Source: Azolla caroliniana
Taxonomy: Eukaryota > Plantae > Polypodiophyta
Assembly: GCA_043228905.1 (NCBI GenBank)
Contig: JBHGNT010000118.1
Location: 13,207-77,206, forward strand
DNA length: 64,000 nt
Direction: 5' to 3'
The notes beneath the pieces are model-generated. The model saw only the letters and a list, made by a program, of their open reading frames with translations, made no database searches and was not told the origin of the DNA. A program made the translations under genes and the position numbers. Positions 51,539 through 64,000 of this stretch are shown piece after piece (position 1 is the stretch's first letter; each line of letters starts with the position of its first letter).

Positions 51539-54500
51539 ACTCCTCTCCTTTCAACATCACGTGTTGTTATATGATCAATTGCTCTTGTTGTAATTTCTTC
51601 TTTAGAGTCAGAGCTGGCAAAAACTAGCCTAAGTTGCTTTCCCTCTTTTATGATAGAATCCAATAATGATATCCGACCAATATTAGAGCCATCATGCAAT
51701 TTTTGTGCCACCTGAAATAAAGCTCATCAGCCAAATTTACTTTATATAATAATCTTAGGTTGATACTGATAATAGCTCACAATGAACATATAGAACATAA
51801 ACGCTGTATACCATTTGTATTTTAGAGAAGAGAACATGAGGCGTGGGATTATGTTGGCTCCTTTCACACTATGACAGGAAGAGAGAAACACATGCTGTTT
51901 GAACCAGATGTCTCACAATTCAAAAGACTCATTCACCCTGGGTGGCAGAAGAAGCAATCTCGTGTTTTTTCCTCTACCTACTTTGTGATTCAGTTGAAAA
52001 AAACCAATCCTAAAAAAGTTTCGGGGTGGAAGATGAATAAATTTTCTTTTCATGGCTTGTTTGTGTATAGAGAAGAAATTTTCTTTTCATGGCTTGTTTG
52101 TTTAATCGTTCGAGTACTATTGTGGTAGTCTCTGGCTCCAACAAGCCCCAATTCCAAGGAGCCTTCAATTCTAGCAAGCATTATTTCACATAAAAGGGAA
52201 TTTACAAGAGACAAACCACAAAGAGGTTTTAAGTCTTCTTACATGGCATCACGCTCTCCTTGGTTCAGGGCCCCCACGGTCCCGCTCGAATAGCACATTC
52301 ATGACAACGCCAAAATGGCTTAAAAGAGATCACATCTTAAACTGTTGTCTCATCTTTGAGAACAACTAAACTAAATGTAACTAAATAAAAATACAAGTGA
52401 CTAGAGAATCCCAATGTCTACACATGTAAGATTCTCAAGTAAAAAATATTGCAATTTTTCCATCAAAAGATTGCTAGAAGAGAGAGTTCTCCAAAGTGAG
52501 GGAAGCGCTTCCAATGGCAGGAGATAATCACCCTTTATCAATTGATGACAAGGGTGGTGAGATCATGGTCCATGAGGCCAGGGCCAATGTGCATGACAAA
52601 TTGCTATTGTATATTCTCACATGTTATTAACAAATGAGTTTCATGCTTAAGCCTTATTGAGGCACTAATCAACTTCTTGGTTTAGATAAGCACTTAAGAG
52701 AGGAGAGGTGAGGAAGAGTCTGCCTACATATAGGAGTTCTGTCTAATCAAGATATAGGAGTGTTCATAGCTTGAGAGTGCTTGACAACTCAACCGTTTCG
52801 CAAATGAAAGGGTATTCAATGATCTGGCCCCTACATAAGAGAAAGAACTCCAACCAAAAGGAAGATGTGCACTTGGTGTAATAAACCTAGAGACGAATCA
52901 TGTATGCCTATACACGAGGGCCTGATAATAAATCCATCCTCCGATGTGTAGAAGTGTAATTTATAGTGGGCCATATTCCTACAATGAGATGTTGTGGGGC
53001 TGATCCATGTTCTCCCATTATTCAATTTAATAATATCCATGTTTCAGCATATAAAGTTGTTTTGATAGCATAAGAGGCTCTTGGAATTGTATATGTGCAC
53101 ATTGTCTTTGAAGAACATTAAGGGCTGCATATTCATGAGAAAGTCCAGCACAGGCAGCCTCCTGGAAGGAGAACCAAGAAAGAGAGGCCATGATATTTCC
53201 CATGATAAAAAAGGTAAAGAGATGAGAGAGAGAGAGAGAGGCTATGCCATGATATACATGAAATGAAGAGCAAGAAAACTTTCTTCGACCTCTAAGTGAT
53301 AAAAAACCTCCATTATGGTGTGAAAGGACCTTATCAGCAAAGACTTAAATGTTATGCCTGGTGATGAAAAGATAATTCTTTTATAGTTTAGATTCAAAGA
53401 GGAACGATGCTTTAATTTCTGTAAGCAATGTAAAATTTTATACCTCCACAATTCTTTGATGCAGTCGCATCACTGACTCACAAAGCTGTTTAAGTATTGA
53501 CATAATATTCCACAGTGCATCATTTTCAGCTTGCAACCTTCAAAAACATCAAGAGCTGTGTCTAAATAACAGCTCTTATTTGAAATAGCATTACCATTTT
53601 GAGAATGGATTTCTGAACATACCTTGCCATACCAAAATCCCCTCGTATTCTAGTTGATTGAGAACCCACATCCTTTGACCAATATTTTGATATCCAATAA
53701 CTAGAAATATTGCTAAGGGCATTTCCCTGTATTTCACTGTGTTCTTTGAAAGACTCTCTTAGAGTTGGAGCCCTGCTCCAACTCCATTTAGCAGGCACAC
53801 TTCCTTCATCATTACTTTGTGGGGGCATATTTTCAGCTAGTTTCGGTGTTCTATTTCCCACACTCTTACTCCAAGTTGGTGAAAACAGTTGATCGTCTTG
53901 ATTGGCAGTGTGACTATACTTGATATAGGGTAAAATCCCAAAAGTGTATATGATTTATTATTAATCAGTACTGTTTTAAGAAGGGCAAAATGCCAAAATA
54001 CCCTCAACTTTTTGGATGTTTTACCAGAATACTCTTGAGTTTAAACAATTATCAGAATACCCATCTGTAATAAATATTTTAAAACTTGGGCATATTCTGG
54101 TAAAAACCAAAAATATTAGTGGTGTTTTGAAGCTTCCCTGTTTTTTGATACTATCATTTGCCATTTTGAGGAAAGTACAATACGCACAAGTGCTGTTCCG
54201 GTATTTTTTGATATTCTCCCCAAAGGTTTGCAAGTTCCATTAGCACATTTGCTTTATCAGTTGTAACCTAAACCATGAAAAAATTATAAAAAAGCCTTCA
54301 TATTATAAGCTGCTATTCACATTTACAAACCTGCAAGAGTTGCTTTTGCAATTCAACAATTTGAGATTTTTGAGAGCTGATTGTTTCCTCATTTAAAATG
54401 CCTTTTTCTTCTTGTTGAGCTAAGAGCAAAAGTGCGGCTACCTGATCAATAAAATGCAAAGGGAGAAATGATTAACTACCTGATTAACATGATTAGATTA

Positions 54501-57500
54501 TTTTGATGCATATATTACCTTCTCTTGTAGAGCAAGAGCCAATGCTTCCTTGGTTTCCAGAATCTGCAAGTCAGAATCCTGTTCCGATGCATTTCTGCTG
54601 CCTTTGTGGTTCTCCTGAGAAAGCAATATTATCAATCCTCACTTGCTACAGAGAACTGTGACCACGCAAGTCTGCAAACACATCAAACCTCTGAAAACAA
54701 ATCTCAACTTTTCCTGCATTATAGCAGTCCTGTCTATGTTTCGCATAGTGCAATTAACTGTAAATAGGAATAGGGTAAATAGATCGGCTTTCAGAAAGTT
54801 TGGCTTGACAACTTTCCTTTCTATTTTCCGTGTTTAGTACAAAACTTTGAGAGCATTATCAGAACGAGTCGTTTCATCTTCTGGGTGAAATTAAATCAAC
54901 ACTGGAGGAGATCAGATATAAATAAAATGCTCAAAAACTATCCCCACCATGGTAATGTTGCTACTGAAAATCTCTCTATGGAGCAAAGCATCAAATGTGA
55001 TAGTTGAACAATAAATATTTAGAAACATTACCTCAGAAACATCACCAAGGAAGTCTCTTCTCTCAGACAAATGATTGATAATGCCATTTGTCGTTTGTTG
55101 CCTCAACTGCAAAGTTTGAGACAATGATCTAGCACATTCTACTCCTTTCAATGATTTCATCATTTCTAGATGTTGATCTTCCACAATCTTTTTTGATGCA
55201 GCTGCCTGAGTGAAACAAGAACTGGTATTTATGTGATTGATGAATATCTGGAGGTATGAAAATCAAAATATGAATATAAAACTCACTTCTTCTAGTTCTT
55301 TTTCCAAACTAGATATCAAAGCAATAGATGCCTGATACTTTTCCTGTAATAAAGCCTGCATTGAAACATCCAATAGTTGAAGCAGAATCCAACTACAAAA
55401 AGAAGTCATAGAATGTTATTAAAAAGGAGAGTAGCAATAATCATATTTGAACCCTTTTTTTACCATCACTATTTCTCCTTCTTTAACTTGACCATATAGA
55501 ATCTCTAATTCGTTTCCATTATCTCTATACATCCAGTTATTTTGTGAATCTCCCAGCAAAACCATCGATTTTTCATTATAGCCTTCAAGGTGTTCTAATT
55601 CACACTCCCTGCTCCGAATTTCCCAAAAAAAATCCACAACCTACATGACAGTTAGTGGATCACAAAACGTGTTTAGCTAGATATTTCTTTTATAACCCAG
55701 AACTGATCCACAAATCTTGACAGTACTTTTCTCAGGTTATGAGCCTCAAATGCCAGTAGTTCCATCCTGTACACATGCAAAAATAAATTAAATATATCTG
55801 TACACATGACAATTAGATGTATACAGAAGAATAAGCATGCACATGCATACCATTTTATATAATCAGCATGCATGGCTATGGCTGTTAATGGGGTTAATTG
55901 ATGAAAAGAGATGAATCTATTATAATAAAGTTACAGGGAAAATCTTTATGATTCAATTAAAGACTTTAAGCTACCTGTCCTCTAACTGGTTTACTTTTTC
56001 AGACAACTCTTTCTCTCTCATTTGATATGTTTCCACCTAGCAAACATCAATAGAACTTGAAACTTTAAAACAAATCAATAAACTTCATTGCTGGAAGAAT
56101 ATGCAAATAATTTGATATGATCTAACCTGTAAAACAGCGTTGTCCCTCTCCCTAAAAGCATTTGCAACTTCAGTCTGGAAAAACTTCTTATTATTTTCTA
56201 GCTCAACGTTCTAACATAAAACCATGTGATTAGTTTTTTAGGACAACTCAGAATTCATAAATAATTAATGCTTACTATTTTTATAAAAACATAGCTCATA
56301 TTAACACTACATAAAGTTCATCAGAATTTTTGTATGGCCTAATTCTGAAGTAGAAAACCTAGCAGCATAACACAGAGTAAAACTGTTAATGAGACTTAAT
56401 AATGGGTTGAGGTGATCAGAAAGCAAGACAAACAAGATGAAGAAGAGAAAAGAATTTTGCGGTCACAAAGACATCAAAGCCAGAAGCATCATGGCTCACT
56501 CCTACCTGGACTTCAATCATGGCAAAGATGAATTTGGTTCAAGGACTTAAATGGTCAGAGATGTTTGGGGCTGTTTCTACTAGAGATTCATAGATGTAGA
56601 TAGTCTCCCCTTCAGAGCAGCCGATCAGCAGGGGCTATAAAAAGATAGGTGATTAGTTTTTTGAGAAGTCTCTGTCAAGAAACTCCATGCAGGCAAAATC
56701 ATCACCTCATAGAGGGATATTGCTCGACTAAGCAGATTATTTGGAGCACTCCAGATACTTGAGGATACACATATTATCAGTGGATACATCATACCATTGC
56801 CCAAGATTGGGCATGATCTCCCAGGCAGTTCACTGCAGAGGACATTGATGTCATAAGGCATCATCCTCTGAGAGCATTCCTGTCCTGATCCACCCACATT
56901 CTACCTTTCCTAGATATGTATTTATTTATTTTGTACAGTGTATCATCTGTTACGTGTATCTGCGGTTCTTATATCGTTGTAATATGATCACACGTTACTT
57001 ACATATGGAAACTACAGAGTTTAAATACAATTTATTTTTCCTTTCTTTTACTTGATATCTATATAATTTACATGGATGAAACTTTTGGATTAATGATTGA
57101 CAGAAAATCAAGCAATGTTGTAGATCCTTACTTTTGTCTCATAAACCTCCTCTAATTCAGTTTGCAATTGGTCATTTCTCTTTGTGCTTTCATCCAATTT
57201 CTGCTTACCGACTTCCAGCTCCAGCTTCAGCGTGTTGATCCTGATGTAAAAAATCCAAACGTTCAGCAAAATAGATTGCAATGTATGAAAGCTAATTCCA
57301 GCTGTTGTAATGTAGTTAAGGATAAAGAATTTTAATTATGCCCAAACTACAGCAAATGACTAGAAAATTGTGCAGGTCTCCAAGGATTACTACCCATACA
57401 CATCTTCATAAGCCCAAGTGTGAGCTCAAACTCACAAATTCCCAAGAAAATCAATCCCCAGAAAATGCACAAACACAAACCACTGACTATTACTGAGAAC

Positions 57501-60500
57501 ACAATAGAGAGAAATAAACAGCTCTGATCATGGAAGACAGTTATAAAACCGAAATGCAAGGCAAAACAGAACTCTCATGAAGTTGAATAAATGATTCTTT
57601 TTCAAGGTAATCAAGTGGTGAAATTCTTCCTTCCCCTTCACCATATTTTATTGGGAAATTAAGAAGAGTTCTTGTCAAAATAGATAAAAATAACATAAAT
57701 TTGTATTTTCATCTAACACTATAGTATAAGCAAGGAATAAAAAACAAGATAAAACTATATCTAACCTTCGTTCTTGAATCTGAGAGAGAACGTCAGATTT
57801 AATGGACATCCCAGATTGTTGCATACATAGTTGCTCAATATCCAGTTGAAGCTCATCACGCTCTGCATTTTATTAAAATTTTGTCTTTTAACAATCCAAC
57901 TCTTAAATGTATCAGAGTTTAGATATGTCATTGTTTTCTTTGCTTCAATTTTTTTTAAACAAATTTCCCAACTTTAATTTGATTTTCCATCCTATGAATT
58001 TTAACTTCTATACAGTAATAAGAACAAATGGTGTTTACTTTCTGCTACCCTTTTCCTCTTGCAATCCATCCTACTCGTTTTCTACCTTTCCATTACAAAC
58101 TTTTCTGTTCTGTAGGGAGTAGCCTCCTTTGAAATAGTGAGGCGTTTCTTTAAAGTCTTACTGAATACTAATTCACAATTAATCCTTGAATTTTCATAAG
58201 AACTCCATGAAGAAGCTCTATTTCATAATACAGTTGAAAAACTACTTTTTCTTTAGTTTGCAAAAATCATGGATAGAATGGTATAAGGCCATCTACTCAA
58301 ATTTTAAGAAAAAGTTGAAGCTCAGACTAGTCTAGGTTCATTTTTTATTAAGATTGATTCCTATCACTTCCAGATAATAACTATTATCATGTGACCTTTC
58401 AAACTTTAAACGTTCTGGATAAGTCACGCATAGAACCTTCACAAATGAAGGTTGAACACTATACGACTATCATTTTGCCTTGCCACAGCATATTACTTCT
58501 TTTCCTTTGATGATTTAGTCATGGGATGTTTAACTTGAAAGGTGATCAATAGGGTGTGCTGTTAGATATAGCCAATGATCAACCCCAAGTTTTCAATTTA
58601 TCCTTAGATGTATTCTTATAGTGCACATTTTGTGATAGCGCCCCAAATGAGTAGTTGTAAAACCTGATCAAACGGATCAATGAGGTGTCAATGTGGGAAA
58701 CCATAGATGAGTCAGACAGAATATATTTAGGAAAGAGGGAAGTAGGGTAATGGGATCGACTAGTCAGGTCAACTAGAAGTATATTTTATGTTGGCAGGTT
58801 AAGATGTACGTAGTCTTCAAGTATGTGCCATTGACTTTAAGATAAGTACTCTATAGCATTAGCTTATATCTAGGTCATATTAAATCACAAGTCAATAGAC
58901 AGAAAAGGAATATCCCCACTACTATCAACTAACTTGAATTTGACAATAAGACCAAACCACAGAATATAAATATTCACCCTCTTTTTCTTACACTTAGATG
59001 TTGTGATTATTATCTGTGTCAACTGACTCTGTAGTCGACTAGTCCAAATCCCATCTAAGGTTGAAGATGTGAGCACACAAGAGAACTACCATTATACACT
59101 ACTCTCATATGCAATAGAAAGTTTGTATTGACACATATACATCTCTATGAGTGTAACTCTATATGCCTATCTAGTCGATTCTCAATATTTCCAACATAGT
59201 ATCAAAGCTGAGAGTTTGATCTAGATTAAGTCTATAGAGGTAGTCGTCTATCACCATAGAGTACAAAGACAGTATCAAGGGCCTGATCCACAAATGTTGC
59301 AGTTGCTCCACTACGCATTCACCTGCCTCCATTGCCTGAAGAAAAGCTAGATGGAACCAACTACACTCTATGGAAAGTTCAAAATATCCACCATTTTGGA
59401 TTCTGAATCATTGGAGACAGTCATGCAACCCACGGGGGGAGACCCTATGCCCATACTGAGATTTGATCCTACACACCTTACCACATCAAAATCTCCAAAT
59501 GTTGCCGTACTTCGAGCCTGGAAGAGAAGGACTGCTGATGCACGATGTACCATTGTCACTGGTGTATGTGACTCTGTACTAACAGTAGTGCAACATACAA
59601 CCAAGGCACATGAAGCCTGGAGCATACTGGCCAGCCAGCATGAGATCGGGAACTATACAAGGATACAAAACCTTAAAAATGAGCTCGTTGATGGAGCGAA
59701 AGCGGAATCCTTTGTAAAAAGGATTAAGGATCTTCAAGATCAGCTGGCTGCCATTGGTGTAGCCGTATCTCCAGAGGATACGGCTCATCGATGTATTTGA
59801 GTACTTCCTTCCAAGTATGATGGTTGGTATTGCAACAACATTGAACACTCAAGTGTGATCCACTCCTTCGAAATTTGACGAACTGACTGCAATGCTGCTT
59901 GAAGAGGAGCTTTGGCTGAAGGCAAGTGAAGGAAGATTTAGTGTTTGTCATCAAGAGTAAAGGGACATCCAATTGGAACAATGCCAAGAGGATATTGAAG
60001 AAGAAGTTTAATGGAACTGCTATTGTGACAAGGGTCACACTATCAAGGATTGTTAGAAGAATATGGCAGATGAGAAGCACAGGTCCAAGTAAGACTTATT
60101 GGAGAAAGCGCAAGTAGGCCAACAATGTCATGGATGAGCTTGAGTTCTCGGTCGTGACTTGAGTTCAGACGATACTCAAGACATTGACAACTCGTGGATA
60201 CTAGACCATCCCGGCATATGACCAGTAACATGACTGGTACAGCTTTTGGACACGTCTACATGAGCTCATCAATGTTGTGGTCAGGAAGAATGCTCGATGT
60301 CCAGCCAGAGGATTGGGAAACATCTCCATCAAAGCAACATATGGTGAAGCAAAGCATATCTCTCAACTTTTGGTACTTTCCATTTCTGCACTGACTAACA
60401 GGGATCTTGATGTTCGATTCAAGAAGTCAGGTGCAGCAATAACGGATTCTGACAGCAAGGTCATAGGAACTGGTGTAAGGCATGATAATAGGAAAGTGGA

Positions 60501-61026
60501 ATCTTACTTACACAGAACCCTGTCTAAATATTTGCTATACAAAAATCCTTCCATATGTAAGCTACTCCACCCAATACTAGATAGATCCTGTGTAAAGATA
60601 AAAAGTCATTTCAGATAAGAATCTCTTAGAAAGTCAGCTCCCTTGGCAAAGAGTTGCGTATGTTATACAAAAGGAGTCCTGTGTTTCTGAGAATTTACTC
60701 TAGTCAGATTAAATATCTGTGCATCAAGTGAAGCTTCTTGATATGTTTGCCTATCTATAAACAACAAGTATCCACTTATCTATAATCAAGAAAATAATGC
60801 ATGACATGCAAGAACAATTAAAATATGACCTTATGGCTTCTAAGTTTTAGGCTTTTCAAACTTCAGAAAAAGTAGAAATAAGTTTCTTAATAATTTCACA
60901 GGTAAACTGATACTTCAAACCAAAGTTCACAATACATATAAAGGGAACTTCATTTTGATGAGCACCTCGTTCAAGCTCAGATATTCGTTTTAGCAAAACT
61001 GCAAGGTCAGATGAATTTTCACCCAT
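51409..61026 (-). CDS. Multi-exon plant coiled-coil (myosin heavy chain-related) protein, MEE13/At2g14680-like; span of coding exons, start uncertain
   Basis: GT-AG exons assembled by eye: 60966-61026 MGENSSDLAVLLKRISELER; 57766-57862 ERDELQLDIEQLCMQQ...; 57132-57240; 56127-56210 NVELENNKKFFQTEVANAFRERD; 55975-56036; further exons with ALALALQEK / VAALLLLAQQEE / VTTDKANVLMELA; last exon 51409-51711. The motifs match my recollection of the MEE13 family; some exon boundaries are unresolved. Confidence 0.8.
53983..54138. mobile_element. Intronic MITE-like foldback
   Basis: Imperfect ~50-bp inverted arms (TTTTACCAGAATA / TATTCTGGTAAAA core), GGG...CCC ends, non-coding. Confidence 0.55.
58560..60490 (+). 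mobile_element. Truncated, degenerate Ty1/Copia LTR retrotransposon (5' LTR, PBS, gag, Zn knuckle, protease) in an intron; 5' boundary uncertain (58560 or 58789)
   Basis: The LTR ends ...TTCCAACA (59196) and is followed by TAGTATCAAAGC, a mutated tRNA-iMet PBS (TGGTATCAGAGC). Also gag-like 'AHEAWSILASQHE...RIQNLKNEL', degenerate knuckle 'CYCDKGHTIKDC' and protease-like 'VDTRPSRHMT', with stops and frameshifts. No RT or 3' LTR seen. Confidence 0.85.
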
Positions 61027-61619
61027 ACCTCCAACTTTCTGTAATAGACAGAACCAAAGTCAAATTCAGTAAAATGCTTATTTATAAAGATGGAGATATA
61101 CAATAATTACATTACGAACAGCAAGTTGTTTTACTGATATTATATATAGATAGATTCCAGAACAACCAATAACTGATTTCGAAAGTACCTTATACATCTC
61201 ATAAATTTCTTCGCGGGTAGCTGGCCTAATATAGCCATTACGAAGTGGCATCAATCTCTTAAACAACAATTATGGGAGCAATCCATTGTGTTTAGAGTCC
61301 AGACTTAAATGTAATGATTTAGATTGATAGAAAAACTTCTAAAATATGAGCTTTAAAGGGTTATATCTTCCCTATATGACAAAAGTGTCCGCGTAACAGC
61401 CCTAGGTGCCACGTATTCTGTAATACAAGCTGCCAGCATACTGCCAGCCTACTGCCAACCTAGTATGTAATAAGGGTGGAAGCCTAATTAGCTTCAAAAC
61501 ACTTTATTTTAATAATAGAAGGGTGTCGTGTCTCACCAAGGGATCATTCCTTACCACTGGAGACCATGTGGAGAGTCAAAGACTTATTGTAACATTCTCT
61601 TTTTTCGTTCTCTCAGGGC

Positions 61620-62260
61620 ATTTGTACACAAAAACAAGCAAGAGCAACCTTCCAACGCCTCGTGAGGAAGAAGAAGAGATTGTATTTAGCTAAATTTGAA
61701 GATCATTTGTATCACTTGTTTCTAGGACAAGAAAGTAAAAGAGCATGGAAAATGTTTAATGAGACACAACCTACCACACAAGTGACGTCACCTCAGGTGT
61801 GGCATGAATATGCAAAGGTACAACTATATGATATCTTGGGGCAGTCTCCACTTCCCCACCCACATGAATCCACCTTTTTTACTCCACAAAATGTAGGATG
61901 CCATTGATTGGTTACAATTTAGGAAATCCCAAGATCATGATGGATTGGCTGGTGAGCCAATAATCTATGCCCATGACGACATCTTGCTCCCATTGCTAAC
62001 ACACATCTTAATAGAGATGTGTGAAGGTTTCCCTACTAGATGGACGAACATACCATTGTGCGAATCCTCAAGAGTGGAGATAACATGATGCCAAGCAACC
62101 ATAGGACAATCATGATTGGCCATTACTTGGCTAAACTATATGGTTCAATCCTAGAGTCAGAATTGAGTTTATGACCAAAGCAAAATGGCTGCCATTCAGC
62201 AGGACAGACATGCTTTCGGAAGGGGTTCATAACTTTAAATCACATATTGAACCTCAGGAT
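61620..62260 (+). mobile_element. Degenerate non-LTR retrotransposon (LINE) reverse transcriptase N-terminal fragment
   Basis: Frameshifted 'ILKSGDNMMPSNHRTIMIGHYLAKLYGSILESEL...AGQTCFRKGFITLNHILNLR' resembles LINE RT domains 1-2. Confidence 0.8.
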
Positions 62261-62419
62261 TCTTTAATCTCTTTTTATCTTATTTACTTCTGTTGAAGAA
62301 CAATAGTACAACCACATAAGCTCATCAACAAAGAACAATCACAACTTTTATTACCCCATCATTCCTATGCATACAAGTCAATCAAGGGCTACACGAATGG
62401 GATCCCAACCAAAACATAA

Positions 62420-62802
62420 CAAAGAGGTTACAATAGATCGGGCAATAGCAATTTGTCATGCACGTAGGCCCTGGCCCCACGGACCACAATCTCACCACCC
62501 TTGTCATCAACAAATATTGGCCATTATCTCTCACCATCGCAGATGCTTACTTTGCTTCGGAGACCTCTCCATTCTGGATCAACCTATGCTAGCGATCTTT
62601 CGAAGTAAAAATTATAACGTAGCTGACTTGAGAATCTTACATGTACCGTTAACAAGATTCTTTAGTCTCTTTTTATCTTATTTACTTTGTTTTTCTTAGT
62701 AACATTTATTTATTTTGATTTGTTGTTCTCAAAGACGAGACAACACTTAAGACGTAATCTCTTGTTTAGTCTTGTAGGCCATTTTTGGCCCTTAAAAGAC
62801 GT

Positions 62803-62881
<79 letters not shown>

Positions 62882-63210
62882 AACTCTCTTTACGCCTACT
62901 CATGCTTCAAGTTGATCAGGGGCTAGACAATGGACTCCCGACAAGAGACTACAAAGAGGCTACAATAGATTGGGCAACAACAATTTGTTGTGCACATAGA
63001 CCCCGGCCTTGTGGACCATAGTCTTGCGACCTTTGTCATCGACATATAAAAAACCATTCTCTCCCACCATCATAAGTGCTCCTCTAGTTTTAGAAATCTC
63101 TCCATTCTGGATTAACCCATGCTGAAGATTTATCAAAGAAAGAAATTACAATCTATCTGGCTCAAGAACCTTACATGCACAGATAACAGGATTCTTTAGT
63201 CACTTTTCAT
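62420..63210. repeat. Two diverged ~260-bp direct copies of a dispersed repeat (62420-62690, 62952-63210), probably a TE remnant; a third inverted piece lies at 52542-52609
   Basis: Shared CAAAGAGG.TACAATAGAT.GGGCAA, TCTCCATTCTGGAT and GATTCTTTAGTC. Positions 52542-52609 approximately reverse-complement 62443-62510. Confidence 0.75.
62806..62881. repeat. Compound (CT)n(CA)n microsatellite
   Basis: Seen directly. Confidence 0.95.
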
Positions 63211-64000
63211 AACAAGAAATATTTTGTGTGTAGATGCCCCATTTTCAACCACGTTCGAAATATGTATGCTACCTTTCCACAAGCTTCACCGTCATTGGAC
63301 AAACGATGGAGAAAGCTGACACCGACGATTAAGCCAAATGTTGCTCAAACATCAAAAGCATAGGGAATCAACCCTTGCATTAGAATGCAGGATGAAATGA
63401 CAATCCCACTTCACTGAACTCTTCCATAGTTCTTTACCTTCACTAACAACCGCACAGGAGTCACCATACAATGTGCAAAAGAATGCTGATGACAAAGGGA
63501 CAACACAAGTACCAAGATATCAGGGACATGGGCCATACCATCACCAAATTATGGAGATAACTCCTTGCCAAGTCCAATCCGCACAAGGACCCACAGATAC
63601 ACTTGTTAAACTTCGTCATAAAATCATCCCACCACAACAACCAACCGTGGACACGGAATCCAATCACCACTACTCTCATGCATGTTACTTATGCATGTCA
63701 TGCTTATACATATACATAATATATTATTCTACAACAGTTTCCCTTGTGCTGATCTACATTAACACTAGATTTTCTTGAAAATTATATGCATAGAAAAAAC
63801 TGACTTCGTTTGCGTTCAAAAATCTTGCTCAACACCTAGGCTATGATGATTTTTATCAGTCGAAAAAATGTTATTTTGTCCTTGAGTACTAGTACGTTGT
63901 TTTCTCACGATCTAGCCTTTGAAAAGCCTCAATGTGACATAGATTTCCGAAGAACCTCATCACACAGAAGACCTCCAATCAACCCTAATGAGAAAAAAAC

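Noticed and set aside
61190-61269. Upstream coding exon of the coiled-coil gene
   Set aside because: A GT donor is present and could splice in frame, but there is no recognisable homology; cannot be decided without transcripts

Overview
Land-plant nuclear DNA; the PPR motif style suggests a fern (inference). Positions 1-41957 are the end of a near-perfect tandem array of a 1540-bp GC/CpG-rich unit, which continues past the window start. It carries 27 minus-strand initiator tRNA-Met(CAT) genes, one per unit; the short ORFs in the array look spurious. After an abrupt junction come two intronless histone H4 genes, a 48-bp minisatellite and a PLS/E-type PPR gene. A multi-exon minus-strand coiled-coil gene (MEE13/At2g14680-like) follows, with a truncated Copia element and a MITE-like foldback in its introns, then LINE and other repeat remnants. 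The main observations are: (1) both H4 genes carry a metazoan/green-algal-type histone 3' stem-loop (GGTGTT-TTTY-AACACC-ACCA) plus a conserved downstream element at identical spacing, which is unexpected in a land plant; (2) a large, homogenised tRNA-iMet array whose tRNA has an inverted T-stem 50:64 pair; (3) no canonical T4 Pol III terminator for about 460 nt after each tRNA, with that trailer closed by a long-range helix and a terminal hairpin.
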